Below are positions 22,051-34,843 of a stretch of DNA of 64,000 bases, in pieces. The position numbers and the translations under genes were made by a program. The stretch comes from Lama guanicoe (Eukaryota): assembly GCA_013239625.1 (NCBI GenBank), contig MU054220.1, forward strand, positions 2,603,374 through 2,667,373. The letters are read 5' to 3'. Positions within the stretch are counted from its first letter, which is position 1; every line of letters begins with the position of its first letter. Under the pieces are notes generated by a model. The model saw only the letters and a program-made list of their open reading frames with translations. It was not told the DNA's origin and made no database searches.

Positions 22051-23869
22051 TGCTGTACATGGGAGACCATTAACCCTGTTTTTAGTTCTATTTTTTTTCC
22101 TAGATGATTTTTCTAGCCCTTTGTAAGACATCTAATATTTAGAACTTGTCATTATTTTTGAAAATATTTACAGTGTAATTAAAATATTGTAGGATATTAA
22201 ACTATAGACCAGTGTGATCTCCAATAGTTAAAAAATTCATACATGCATTGAAAAAAAAAGACTAGAGAGAAATATACTAGAATGTTAACAGACTCTCTTG
22301 GTAGAACAACATGCATAATTAGCTTTTCTTTTTTACAGTTTTCAGGCTTTCCAAATTTTCTACAATGAAAATGCATTACAATCAGAAAAACAATTTTTGG
22401 TAGTTAAAAAAAATTTTTTTACTACAAAAGTAATTTATGCTCATTATAGAAAAATCAGAAAATACATAGAAGCATAAGGAAGGAAAAGAAACATGCAAAA
22501 TTCCACCCACCCAGAGACAACCACTGGGTCCTTCCAGACCTTTTTTATGCATACATAAACATTTATATTTTTACCACAAAACGGGATCATTCTGTACATA
22601 GTACTGTTGTGAAAACGACTTCTTTTCCTCACAATGTATATTGAGAACATTAAAAAAAAATGTCAACAGCACATTTCTACAAGATGATTTTAATGGCAGC
22701 ATACCATCACATTTTAAGGAGGAACCGTAATTTACTTAACCTCTAATTATTAGACATGAATGCCACTTCCCACTTTTCTCTATTACAAATAGTACTGTAA
22801 TGAAAATATTTTAAAGCACCTAAGAATCCTTCATTTTCACAAAGAAATCATAGAACGCTACCTGACATTTAGTTTTTGAATGATGCCAGGCTCTGAGGAT
22901 CCGAAGGTGTTTAAGCAGGGATTCCTGATGTGAAGGAGTTTTCAGTTCAGTGAGAGACAGTGGCTGGAGCCATGATCTCCACTCAAGAAAGTCAGGAAAG
23001 TCTTCTCTGGGAGGGTGACTTTGAGCCGAGACTTGAAGACTGAGTGGGAGCTCACCAGGAAGTCAGGGAGAACGAGCGGGGAGACCTTCACAGGCACAGA
23101 GAACAGGACGGGAGAAAATGGGAAGGTGGCCTTTCATCTAGAGCCTGTGATGTGCTGGGTACTTTCACAAACGTTTTCTCATTCAGTCCTCACATCAACA
23201 CCTCAAAGGAACCATTATGATTCCTATTTTCCCGCCAAAGAAACTGAGGGTACTGGGCTTGCTTAGCTAGAGGTGGAGCCAGGATTTAGACACAGATCTC
23301 ACTCTAAAATCCAGGCTTTCTTCCTTCTTTTCTTATCTTTTCTCTGATGACAGCAGAGGCAGTTCCATGCTCCCAAGGACAGTCAGAGCAAGTCTAATTT
23401 CTTTTCTTCTGATTTTTCTTGGTAGCAAACATCCCCAGCCATTTTAAGGCCTGTGCTACCACCTGTCAGAAAGAAGTACTTACTTTTCAACCCTCTTCGG
23501 TCCTTTTCTTATGGAGCTTGAAAGAAGTGGGAGCATCCAGCCACCGTCTTGGATGTTGTCTGTGCTACCACTTGGGAAGCTATCCTCTCTCTACTATATC
23601 TCCACACAGACACAAAGTTAGGCCCAGAGTGGTGTATTTGGGAACAGTAAGACATTCAGTAGAGCAGGAGCATGGGAGACGGGGTTGGGGAGAAGTGGAG
23701 GATGAGCTGGAGAGGTGGGCATGGAAAGGTCCACGTTACTGACGTTTGCTAGGGAAGTGGCAGTGACACGGTTAAATGGCTCCTTAGGCAGAAGAGCCAG
23801 ACTGCTCTAGAAAGGATGGTTTGGCCTCGAGAGAGAGATAGGTGTTGGAGAAAACATGATATGCACCCA

Positions 23870-24075
23870 AAATAGTAACAGTTAACATTTTTTGATTGCC
23901 AAACACGGTTAAGCATTTCAAATATTTTAACTCTCTTAATTCTTGTGTGGTTGGTGCTATTGTTATCCTTGATTTCCAGGTGGGACAACTGAAGCACAGA
24001 GAGGTTAAGTAAGTTGTCTAAGGACACACAGTAAGTGGAAAAGCCAAGATTTAGACTGAGGTAGCCTGCTCTTAA
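23870..24075 (-). mobile_element. MIR SINE
   Basis: aactgaagcacagagaggttaagtaagttgtctaaggacacacag. Confidence 0.75.
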
Positions 24076-25079
24076 CTTTTAATCTGGTTTAGCCCTTACA
24101 AAGCTGAATGAAGCTGCCTGTTAAATCTATGAAGAGAAGGGCCTGTAAGTCTGATCGCCAGTGTAGAGCTCAACTTCTGAAACATAAAGCACTGTCGAGA
24201 AATATTGCTTATTAATATTTATTATTTTAGTAGCATAATTACATGCAATATTATATTAATGCATATTATTATAATTATATATAATATTATAATACTATTA
24301 ATGATTAAATGAGGATGAAATTAATCTGAACTAAAACAGTGGCATGGGGGCGGAAGGGAAGAAATGTTTCTTAATTAGAATGACAGGACTTGATGACAAG
24401 ATGCAGGGTGAGGAGTGGAAAGGGAGGCTTCTGGTTGGATGACTTGGTTTCCCAGTTGGCGAGCAGGAGGATAGTGGTGTCATTAATGAGGCTGTGAGAA
24501 GGAGGTTGTGGAATAGAGTTGTGCTCGGGCCATATTAACTTGAGGGGCCTGTAGGCCTTAACCTTGGCCCTGAAGAGCACCTCTCATGGAAACTATATAA
24601 AGCTTGTCCTTCTGGATTTGATAGCAAAACTAACAGGTTTACAAACTTCTCATATGGTAATTAAGAAACTAATTAAGCCCATCAGTTCTAAAAAGCATAT
24701 GGTTTATTTAAGGTTGATCCAAGATTGATGTTTGCTTAAACAATGTTTTAATAAATCATAAAATGAATTGGCTCTAATAATCCTAGCATGGTGTTCTAAT
24801 TTACCAGAAATGCTTCACATATTTTTTTTATTTGAAAATAACTAAATGAGATAGCCTAGCTAAACATGCCTAATGCTTCGTGATTATTTAATATTAGTTT
24901 CTTTGCCCCTGAACTCCATAGCAACACTGTGCAATAGATAAGGTCTCCCTCCCCATTTTACAGATGAGGAAACAGGCATAATTAAGAGATGCTAAAGGAC
25001 ACATACAAGATGCTTTTGCAGGGGAGTGGAAGAGTCAGAACTCATACCTCCACTACCTCCAAGAGTGGAGTTTCCTCCA

Positions 25080-25595
25080 CTCTTGCTGTAAAATAAATTA
25101 TCCCCAAACTTAGCAGCTTCAAACAGTGAATATTTATTATCTCACACAATTGCTGAAGGTCAGGAATTCAGGAGCGGCTCAGCTGGGGGTCTCAGGAGGC
25201 TGCTCGCAAGCTGCAGTGTCTGAAAGCTTGACCTGGGCTGAAGGTTCCATTTCCAAGCTCACTCATGTGGCTTTTGGCAGGAGGCCTCAGTTCTTCTCTA
25301 TGGAGATGCACATGACATAGCTTTACCCAGACTGAAGGGACCTGAGAGAGAAGGCAAGACAGAGATAGAAAGAAAAGAAGGAGGGGGAGGAGGAGAGGAA
25401 AAGGGAGAAAAAGCAACCAAGATGGAAGTCTTTATAACCTAATCTCAGACGTGACATCCCATCAATTCTGGCGTATTCTACTCCTCAGTAGTGAGTCACT
25501 AGGTCAGCCTACACTCTAGCGGAGGAGACTTCACAAGGGTGTGAAAGCCAAGAGGCAGGGATCTTTGAGGACCATGCTAGCAACTGCCTACCACC
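25080..25595 (-). mobile_element. MaLR solo LTR (MLT1G/H-like)
   Basis: aaattatccccaaacttagcagcttcaaac...ggtcaggaattcagg...agcaactgcctaccac. Confidence 0.75.
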
Positions 25596-26899
25596 GACAT
25601 TTTTTTCCCACTCAATCATACCGTATCTTGTCATTTTCATCTTGGCAGCTACTCCCCACCACTCACCCACCCCAGTACTTTATGAACTTCATAAAGTGGC
25701 AGTGTGACCAATTTGGGGTGATGCATAGTTTTTGTAGACAACAGCACTGAACTACTTAGCAAATCAGGAAGTGGAAAATGGTTATAAAGGGATCCAATTA
25801 CTTTCATTGCCCAGCCAGTGTAAAATGCATCACGTAAAAACGGACTTAATTGGTGAAAAATTAATTAGACAATTAAACTTATTTCTACTTAAATACATTT
25901 AGGTGTTAATTGGTCATCTGACTTGAGGTTTATTTTAAGGTGGATTTGTTATCTTGACTCTGTCCTTTAAGAAATGATCTCTGTTTAAATATGCCAGGAA
26001 CACTCCTGGTCTTGCTGAGAAACAATGTCTAGTTCATTGTCACGGTTCTTCTCCAGATGGGGCTGATCAGGGTCAGAACGGCCCAGAAGGCAAACAGGCA
26101 TTTGCTTTGGAAGCCCCATTAAGAGGAAAATACTTCTACTGCCTGAGGGAAGGCCGAATGGTAGTGGGAAAGGCATAGGATTACAAGTGGAAAGTACAGA
26201 GACTCTTACATTTCCCTGCTGTGATCCTGGACAAGACTTATGCTGCCTGGGTTTTGCTTTCTATATTGGTAAAATGAGATGGTGAGAGTAGAAAATGTCT
26301 GAAGTCATTTCACCCATAAAGTTCCATGATTGTCAAGTACCGTGGTCTCGCTACAGGAGGGGTAACTTGCAAGGGTTTTCTTTTTGTTTAATTCTTTTTT
26401 CTTAGTGTACTCTGTTTGCTAGAAGTTGTTTCACAAAGTATCTTCTGTTCTGGTTAAACATAGTATACATAGTGGGTTGAATACATGTTTATGTGCATAT
26501 GCTCTTAACATCCGACCTAAGTGATAAGGAAGAACAGTACAGGCAAAGGGCCGCCAGTGGACAGGAGAGGGATGGAAGGAGCAGACACTGCAGAGCCTGC
26601 AGGGGGAGATGCTCATGGAAGACAAAAAGCTTGCCCTGCAGAATCCCAAAAAGGCCGAGGAATTCCAGGGAATCACCGACGGTGGAGTGAAGGTGGAGTG
26701 AAGGGAATCAAGTGAAAGTCTGGATGAATGAATGGTCACTTCTGCCTGCCCAGGACATGTCTGCCCTCCATCACCACCTCCAGGCAGGAGGCTGGAAGAT
26801 TCTTCTCTGGAAAAACTAAGCAATCCTAGAGGGAGGAGCTCCCCAGTGAAAAAGCCAACGTGCCTCCTGGTCACCTAACACTGACCTCCACCATTGACA

Positions 26900-28520
26900 A
26901 GCCCAGTCACACCGGCGGCTGCCCGGCAGCTTTTAGTGTCTCCTTCTTAATGTGATCACTCAGCCAGAGATCACCAGACACCAGACATGTGAGGAAAGTC
27001 TCTCAACAAGAGAGAGAGGCCAAAAAAGATGGACAAATGAAACTGAGAAGAAAAAGAGACAATGCAAAGAACAAAAGAAAAGTATAATTTTGCCCAGATG
27101 GATGAGAAGATACTCATTCTAATTTCTGCTCAAATGTCACTTCATCAGAGAGACTTCCACTGGCCACTAGGTCCAAAACAGTGTCTCCCGTTACTCTCCA
27201 CCTCCTCACTCTGCCTAGTTTCAGAAAGAGAGAACAGAAATGGAGGTGGGGAGGGGGGTGGAATTACTAAGATACATAATATTAAAAATTTTCTGAGATC
27301 TGAAGGATATAAGTTCGGCAGGGTCCATTCGGTGCCAAGCACAATGGACAGAAGACTCCACTGAAGCACATCATGGGGAAATTTCAGACCCTCAGAGATA
27401 AAGAAAAGGTCCTAAAAACTTCCCAAGAGACACAGAAAAGTAGGCTTTTTACAAAGGATCAGCAGTCAGGATTGCCCCAGCTGGCTCAATGAAAACATCA
27501 GAAGCTAGAAGAAAATAGAGCAAGGTATTGAAATCTTGAGGGAAAGGGATTCTAACCTATAATTCTGTATTAGGTTCAATTATCAATTAAGTGTTGAGGG
27601 GAAGTTTTTTTTGTGGTTTTTTTTTATTTTTAATTTTTGTAGGGCATTTGGACTTTCTTTTTCTTTTTCTTTTTTAAAAAAATTTATTATTTTTTAAAAT
27701 TGTTTTGTGGGAAGAGGTGATTAGATTTATTTATTTACTTTCTGAGGAGGTACTGGGGATTGAACCCAGGACCTTGTGCATGCTAAGCATGCACTTTACC
27801 ACTTGAGCTATATCCTCCCCCTGAGGGGAAGCTTTTAGACATGCAAGTTTATCTTTCTTGGAATAAACCAAGAAAGAGGGTGACATGAAGTTCAGGGAGT
27901 CCATATTAAGACAGTGGCGAAGGAAGCTTCCTGGATGAGTGAAAATGGAAGTGACCAGACTAACCGGAAGGAGAAAAACAGTGTTCCAGGTGGGAGGTCT
28001 TCGGGAAAAAAACAGAATGGGAGATGGCCTGATTGCCTGGTATCTGGAAATGTTAAAAGGCTGTTAGAAGGTCTAAGAAAAGTTACTGTTAGAGCTAGAA
28101 TATTAAGCAAATGAGAAAGAAAAAAAAGACCTAATGACTAACTTCAGGGTAAACAAGAAGTTGTCCAAGAAGAGAAGCATATAAATATTATAATAAAGTA
28201 AACAGTGAGTGTTAACTTAAGCAAGAGTTATAACTATGCTGAGCAGAAGAAGAGGAACAGGTATTGTGAAGAGCGGACTCTTCACTCGTGGTGCTGGCTA
28301 ACAGATGACAGGGATATGTGACAAAATGGGATGTAGCCTCTAAGCATGTTCTTTAGACACATGCGGGTACATGCCAGAAAGAAATGCGCAAAAGAGTGGT
28401 GGTGGCTGTCTCTGCAGGCCAAGAGGAGCAGTTTTTCACTAAAGGTGTGTTTAGTACAATTTGATTTCTTAAACTGGGAGCCATCATTACATTGAGAAAT
28501 ATAAAGCTGAAATTTAAAAA
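26900..28520 (+). mobile_element. Ancient L1 ORF1-only relic (HAL1-like)
   Basis: From 27364 reads KHIMGKFQTLRDKEKVLKTSQE, then EARRK*, resembling L1 ORF1p RHIIVKF..KDKEKILKA..EARRQW; no ORF2 text follows. Confidence 0.6.
27605..27821 (-). mobile_element. tRNA-derived camelid-type SINE (Vic-1-like)
   Basis: gtactggggattgaacccaggaccttgtgcatgctaagcatgcactttaccacttgagctatatcctcccc; TSD tgaggggaag at 27595-27604 and 27822-27831. Confidence 0.9.
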
Positions 28521-30521
28521 CTCCATATCTCACGTCAGCCAGTCTGAACAGTCTGAACAGAATCGCTGCCAGAGGTGAGACCTGGCTCATGCTTACACTG
28601 CTCTCTGAGTTGGACTTGAGGAGGCCTGGAATGGTTGTCCTGCTTGCAGGTCCCTAACTGATGATGGATGTCCCACCATTCTGGGGTGCCAGTGCGGAAA
28701 GAGAGCAATGGGCTGGAGTGAAAAGATTGTGGGTTCAAATGTAGTTTCTGCCACGCATTAGCCCAGCAGTGTTAGGAAAATAACAAATCTCAAATATTCC
28801 CTGAGCACCCGCCAGGACTATTGTTAGATATTGGGAATAAACATTTCTGTCCTTGAGGAGTTTAAGGCTAGGGATGAGTTAGTTTCCTCGTGGAGAAGAT
28901 GGGAATTCATCTACTGCATATATGAGCCTGTATTTGAGCCCGGCTGCTTAGCAGGAGCAGCAGTGATGGAGGCCCGGGGCTCTGGGTGGCTGGACCCACA
29001 GAGCACACTGAAGATTGTGGGATAAAGAGGCCGGGAATGTAGCATCATGGGCCAAAGATGCTTGCTCTCTGGGGAGGGAGGTGAAATTGAGCAATGATGC
29101 CTCTTCCTCCCCACACTGGCTGAGCTGTACCAATATATTTTCCTTCTTTATATTTTCCCTCTTAAGATTGTCTTCAGAGAGCTGGGATTTTAGGATTTTA
29201 GAGGTAAAACCCTGAAACATATCTAGGCCACTCATTCCTACACTTTGGCAATTCATAAAACGGTAACATTCCCAAACTGATTTGGTGGACCAGCAGAGTT
29301 GCCAGTTTCTTATTTGCTAAATGAAGACATGAAACAGATATACCAGGGGGGAAAAACCCCAGCTATCATCTACCATCATTTCACAAAAGAAAGGTGATGT
29401 ACCATCAAAAAAGTGGGAAAGATGTAATCTCAGAATAAAGGATTGTCTTTCACATTGCATAAAGTTAACTTCATTCATGAACAACGCACAACCTTGGCCT
29501 TATTTTTCTCATTTCCCTGCAGTCCTGTGAAACCAGGTTGGGTGTGGACCAACAGTGATCCCAGGCCAGCTTCAGGCACATTTTGACTCACCAACTCCTT
29601 CATGTTATAGGTGAGGAGAGCAAAGGTCGAGCCCAAATCAGACGTTGAGATGACAGCAGAGCAGGACTGAGAGCAGGCCTCCCAGCCTCGTCCTCAGCTT
29701 TGGTTGCATCACATGTATACCCTGAGGTGAGCAGTCAAGAGTGCAGTCACGGACTAGCTCTCACTGCCATGAAAGGGGAGAGAAAAACCTGAGGAGAATG
29801 ACTTCCCTTTGAGCTAGAGTCCTCTACCACACCTTCCCGATGCCCCCAAACTGCCTGCGAGATAACTACACCCTCTGATTGCATCTCCTGGACCCTCGAC
29901 TTCCTTCCCAGCCTCAGCCTCTCCTCTTTAAGATCCTCCATGGGAGTCTTCATCCTCCGTCCCTTGTAGCACTGGAAGCATTTAACATGGCTGTCCCTTC
30001 AACCTCCTTGAATCTTTCCATCCTCCTGGCATTTGGCACCAGTATCTGCTGGTTCCCCTCCTGCTTCCTAAGCAGCTCTTTTCCCTTCACTTATTCTTCT
30101 TCTGCCATACAGATGTAGATTTTCCTTAGAGTTCATTCCTCATCCTCTAGTGAACTCACTCATCACCATTTACATACAGATGATTACCAAACTTTTATCC
30201 CCAGCACCATCCTCTCTTCCAAGCTCCAGACTCATGTTATTAACAGGTAAGTTGACATCTCCACCTGGAACTCTGGAAGGCACCCAAAGTAACATGTTGC
30301 AAACAGGAAGCTTTGTTTTTCCTTCTAAACCTGTTCCTCCTTCCATCTTCCCTGTCTGGGCTAATGCTATCACCCACCACTTTGGAGTCAAACTTGACAC
30401 TTCTCCCTTCTTTCCTGCCAGTTTCAGAACAGTCACAAATCCAACCCATCCTTTCTTAGAAATGTCCTTCTAATCTTAAACGTCTTCTAAACCCACCCAT
30501 CCTCACTGTCTGGCTGTATTA

Positions 30522-30657
30522 TTTCCTTCTTTCCCTCCCTCCCTCCCTCCCTCCTTCCTTCCTTCTTTCCTCCTTCCTTCTTTCCTTCCTTCCTTCCTTC
30601 TTTTCATTCTTTCCTTCCTTCCTTTCATTCTTTCCTTCCTTCCTTCTTTCTTTTTTT
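30522..30657. repeat. (CCCT/CCTT/TTCT)n polypyrimidine microsatellite
   Basis: Read directly. Confidence 0.95.
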
Positions 30658-30674
30658 GCTTGTCTCTGATATTT

Positions 30675-30733
30675 TAAAAATTAATTAGAAGTATAGTCAG
30701 TTTACAACATTGCATCAGTGTCTGGTGTACAGC
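30675..30733 (-). mobile_element. Very short young L1 3' tip
   Basis: gaagtatagtcagtttacaacattgcatcagtgtctggtgtacagc. Confidence 0.7.
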
Positions 30734-32329
30734 TCTTTTTTCCACTACTACATTTTCCTCATTGGTCTCCACTCTCTCTCTGCTCTTCAGTCCAGCCTCT
30801 TTATCACCTAAAACACAAACCTGAGTATGCTACTTTCTTTCTTATGAAACATCTACTAGAATAAAAATAAAAGCAACAAGGAGAATTTTTTGAAGTATAA
30901 CTGCAGTGCTGATGAAGATGCTGTGAAACAGGCAATCTCATTTATTGCTAACAGAAATGCAATTTGTGGAATCATTTTAGAATGTAGTTTAAGGATATAT
31001 TATAGGAGTTTAAATATATTCAGTCTTTGACCCAGTAATTCCATTTCTGAGAGGCTAAGGAAATAACCCTATCTATGAAAAAGCTTTATGCACGAAGATA
31101 TTTATGACATCATTATTTATATAGAGAAAAACTGGAAATAACCTAACTATATTACAATAGAGGTAATCTATGATACTAGATGGCCTATTATATAGCCATT
31201 AAAAATGACATTAACTCATAGAAAAATAAGACAAAATAAAATATTAGTGATGATTACTTGTAACTGGTGGGATTATGGATGATTTTAATTTTCTTCTTTA
31301 TAATTTTCTATATTTTCCAAAGTTTCTACTGTAAGTAACCCTTATAATTAGATAAGAAATTTATTTTTAAGTAATGTTTAGAATAAGTTTATGGTAAATG
31401 AAAAAATAGCAGCATACCGAATTGTACATAAAATATAATCTCAATACAAAAACAAATAAGAGCATAAGGAAAGACAACAAACTTTCATACTGATTGCTTC
31501 TAGATGACAGCACCACGTGGGATTTTTTTTGTTGATTTCACCTTCCTGATTTTCCAGCTATAGTGGAAAAAGAGTGAGCGTCTGTATGTGTACGTGTGCA
31601 CCTGCATGCGCTCGCCCACGCACACGCGTGCACACACACACACATTACTAAGAAACTGTCCATTGCCTGGAGGGTTTAATTCACATCCCTTAGCATGACC
31701 TACATGCCACAGGGACACCAGATGACATTTAAAATATTGAGCTATAATTCACATACATTCACTTATCATAAAATTCACCCTTTTAATACATACAACTCAG
31801 TGGGTTTTTTGGTACATTCACAAAGTTGTGCAACCATCACCACTATCTAATTCCAGAACATTTCATCGCCCCCAAAAGACACCCTGTACCAATTAGCAGT
31901 TATTCTCCACTTCCCCCTTTCCCCAGCTGCTGTAAATCACTAATCTACTTTAGGTTTTTATCAATTTACCAATTTGGGGCATTTCACACAAATAATATAA
32001 ATAGTTGAGTGACAATTGACTGAAATTTCTGAAAATTAGTACTATATGGAAGACTTTAAGGGGAAGAGAAAAGGACAAATTATTGTACCAATGCCCCCCA
32101 CGCTCTCTCTTTCTTCAATTCCAGAGAACAGTATTTGTTAATTTGCTCAAGAAGTTTTTGTTAAGTACCTATTATGTGCCAGGCATTGAGCTAAATGCTG
32201 CAGATAAGTGTGATGAAAACAAACAGACAGACATGGCCCTACTCTTAATAGAATGTACAGTGTAGTGGGTGAAATCGACATCAAGCAAATAATTATATAA
32301 ACATGAAAAATATGAGCCCCCATCATGAG

Positions 32330-33935
32330 ACCATGTCTTGTGCTCTTTGCCTACTTCCTGCTCATGTGTTTATTGGCAGTTTGGCCACCCGGCTCACTCA
32401 TTTTCTGTTTACGTCTCCTCCTGCCATTGTCCATGGTGACCATAAGATCTATCACCCTGTGTCTCATTTCTTGATGCCTCAGTGCCACGATTCCCCACCT
32501 CCACTCCACCTCAGCCATAGAGTCACACGCAAATGTTGTCATAACTACAGCATCTCTGGAGTTTCCATTCCAACCATCCCAGTCAGACCATCAGCACATA
32601 CCTTCCCAGCTCAGTTATCCCAGGAATCCCATTCTAACAGTTCCTTGACCTTATTGAGATCTTCAATTCCTCAACCACTTTTTGCACTGTCCTCTACCAC
32701 CCCTGACCTAGGCCCTTGCTTTCCTCCTCATCCAACCTGGACTCCATGGCTTAGTACTATGATTGCTTCATAACTCCCTTGCTCTGCTGTATCCACCTGC
32801 CCAAATTCCCACCATGGTTAAGCCCCCCAGAGCACCTCTTTGGCACCTGCATCTGGGCACAGGAATATGGTTAGAGAATACACCCACAACTGCCCACACA
32901 GGACTGATTTTACATTTAAGTCCACAAGGAAGTGGACTGCCTCAGCAATGCCCAGCGATCATGTGACAGTGCCCGGTCCCTCTGCCACCCTCTAAGATGG
33001 CTGTTTGTCCCTTCTCCTCTTTTCTCCAGCTCCAGTGCCCTTCTCAGGCCTGGCTTGCAGCTAATGATCTCATCTTATTATTCACTGAGAAAACAGGCCA
33101 TCGCAATGCTCATTCCCCACCACTAAACTTACCAGTTTCCTGCATTGATACGTGTTTTCTGTGTCCTCTCTCCTGTTGCAAATGAAAAATCATCCCTGTG
33201 CCTGTGTGATGCCGAAGCTCTCCAACTGGGCCCTGGGCTGCATTCTTCCTCACCTGCTCAAGGACTGACTGCAATTATCTCCCCTCTTGTGAATTGCCAA
33301 CATCGCTCTCTCCTGGAGCCTTCCTTTCAGCATACAAATAGGCTGTAATACTTCCCATCTTAACACACACACACACACAAAACCCCAGCACAGAAACACC
33401 CTCCCTGTGCTCCCTGGCTCCTGCTCTATTTCTCTGCTCTCTGTTTTGAGCAAAATTCCTCAAAAGAGTTGTCCACAGGTCCTCCAGCCTCATTTAGTAC
33501 TTTCTCGATTTGCTCTCTCAACTCTAGCCACTCTGGCTGTCTGCCGTTCTTCGGGCTTCCCGAGTTCATTCCTGCCCCAAGGCCTTTGCCCTTGCTATTC
33601 CTTCTGTCTGGAGTCGTCTTTCCACACGCCTTTCCATGGTTTGCTCCCTCATTTCACTGAGGTCTCTGTTTAAATGTCACCTGCTCAGAGAGGCTTTCTC
33701 TGATTACCCCTACCCTTGCCACCACACCCATCCTTATCCAGCGTAATTTTCCTCCTAGCACAGATCACTGCCTGGCCTTCAGTTACGCATATACTTATTT
33801 ATTTGATTATTGTCTTTTCTGTTAGAATGGAAGCTCTCCAGGGACTTCTTTTGTTCATCATTATATTTCCAGCCCCAAGAATACCGTCTGACACATAGTG
33901 GGCACTCAATGTACATGAGTTAATGAGTGGATGGA
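32330..33935 (+). mobile_element. Long L2 fragment (ORF2 remnant to 3' tail)
   Basis: ttattcactgagaaaac, aaatgtcacctgctcagagaggc and tail acatagtgggcactcaat...gagtggatggatg. Confidence 0.75.
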
Positions 33936-33959
33936 TGCCTGTACACAATTCTGTGAGAC

Positions 33960-34320
33960 TGCAGAAGGGAAGGATTCACCCAGTCAGGAGAGGTGGATAA
34001 AGCTTCCTTGAGGAAGTGTGATTACACTGATATTGGGACAAAAAGAGGGAGATAACCGGGTGAGGTAGGGAGGGACAAAAGTTCTAGACAAAACGATTGT
34101 GCAAAGGTCCTGGGGCTGGAAGGAGTGGGTTCAAGCCAAGGGAAGGCCTGCGTGGGGGCACAGGGAATGAGAGGGAGCCAGTGTGAGGCGGGCAGGATCC
34201 CACGCCACGCAGAGCCTGGAGGGCTGTGGTACCCTCTGGCTTCTGTCCTAAGAACAGTGGGAGGCCTTGGATGAAAGGCACAATGTGATTAGATTTGCAT
34301 TTGAAAAGATCCCCCTGATC
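33960..34320 (-). mobile_element. L2 fragment (source of the local copy at 36766-36924)
   Basis: tgtgcaaaggtcctggggctgg...gatttgcatttgaaaagatccc. Confidence 0.7.
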
Positions 34321-34715
34321 CACTTATTATTGCTAATAATGATGATATGATGATGATGATAAACGCTTGCATCTGTATCACTAAAGATCTTTTCAAAGTA
34401 TCTTCACGTCCTCCACCCTAGTTTCAGCTTCTCGAATCCATCAACAAAAGCTCCCGGACTTGAGGATACAGTGTTCTCCTGTTACAGGGATCATGTTTTC
34501 TGAATCCCAAATCAGGGCACATGGTCTGACAAAGGACGTTTTTTTTTTAGAGTATATACAAAGCTATACATTCCAGTCACATTTTAATTACACATTTAAC
34601 AAACTGCCTCAGTTAAGAACAAATATGCCCAGCTATTGAGATTGTTTCAGAAAGTTAGGGGAAAATGATTACTGGAAGTAGTCCCCCCATCCTCACTAAG
34701 ACATGATCACACTTT

Positions 34716-34843
34716 GATAATTTTTTTTAAATTGAAGTAGAGTCAGTTTACAATGTCGTGTCAATTTCTGGTGTACAGCATGGTGTTTCAGTCATACATG
34801 TATATACATATATTCCTTTTCATATTATTTTTTACTATAGGTT
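34716..34843 (-). mobile_element. Young L1 3' end (short)
   Basis: ttgaagtagagtcagtttacaatgtcgtgtc; TSD atgatca(c/t)acttt on both sides. Confidence 0.85.

Larger units (their letters stand above)
29900..30850 (+). mobile_element. L2 fragment interrupted by a microsatellite and an L1 tip
   Basis: gatgattaccaaacttttatccccagc and cttctaaacctgttcctccttcc are typical L2 motifs. Confidence 0.65.

Noticed and set aside
32303..32773. 156-aa ATG-initiated ORF
   Set aside because: Lies in decayed L2 sequence; Ser/Pro/His-rich translation of pyrimidine-rich repeat DNA
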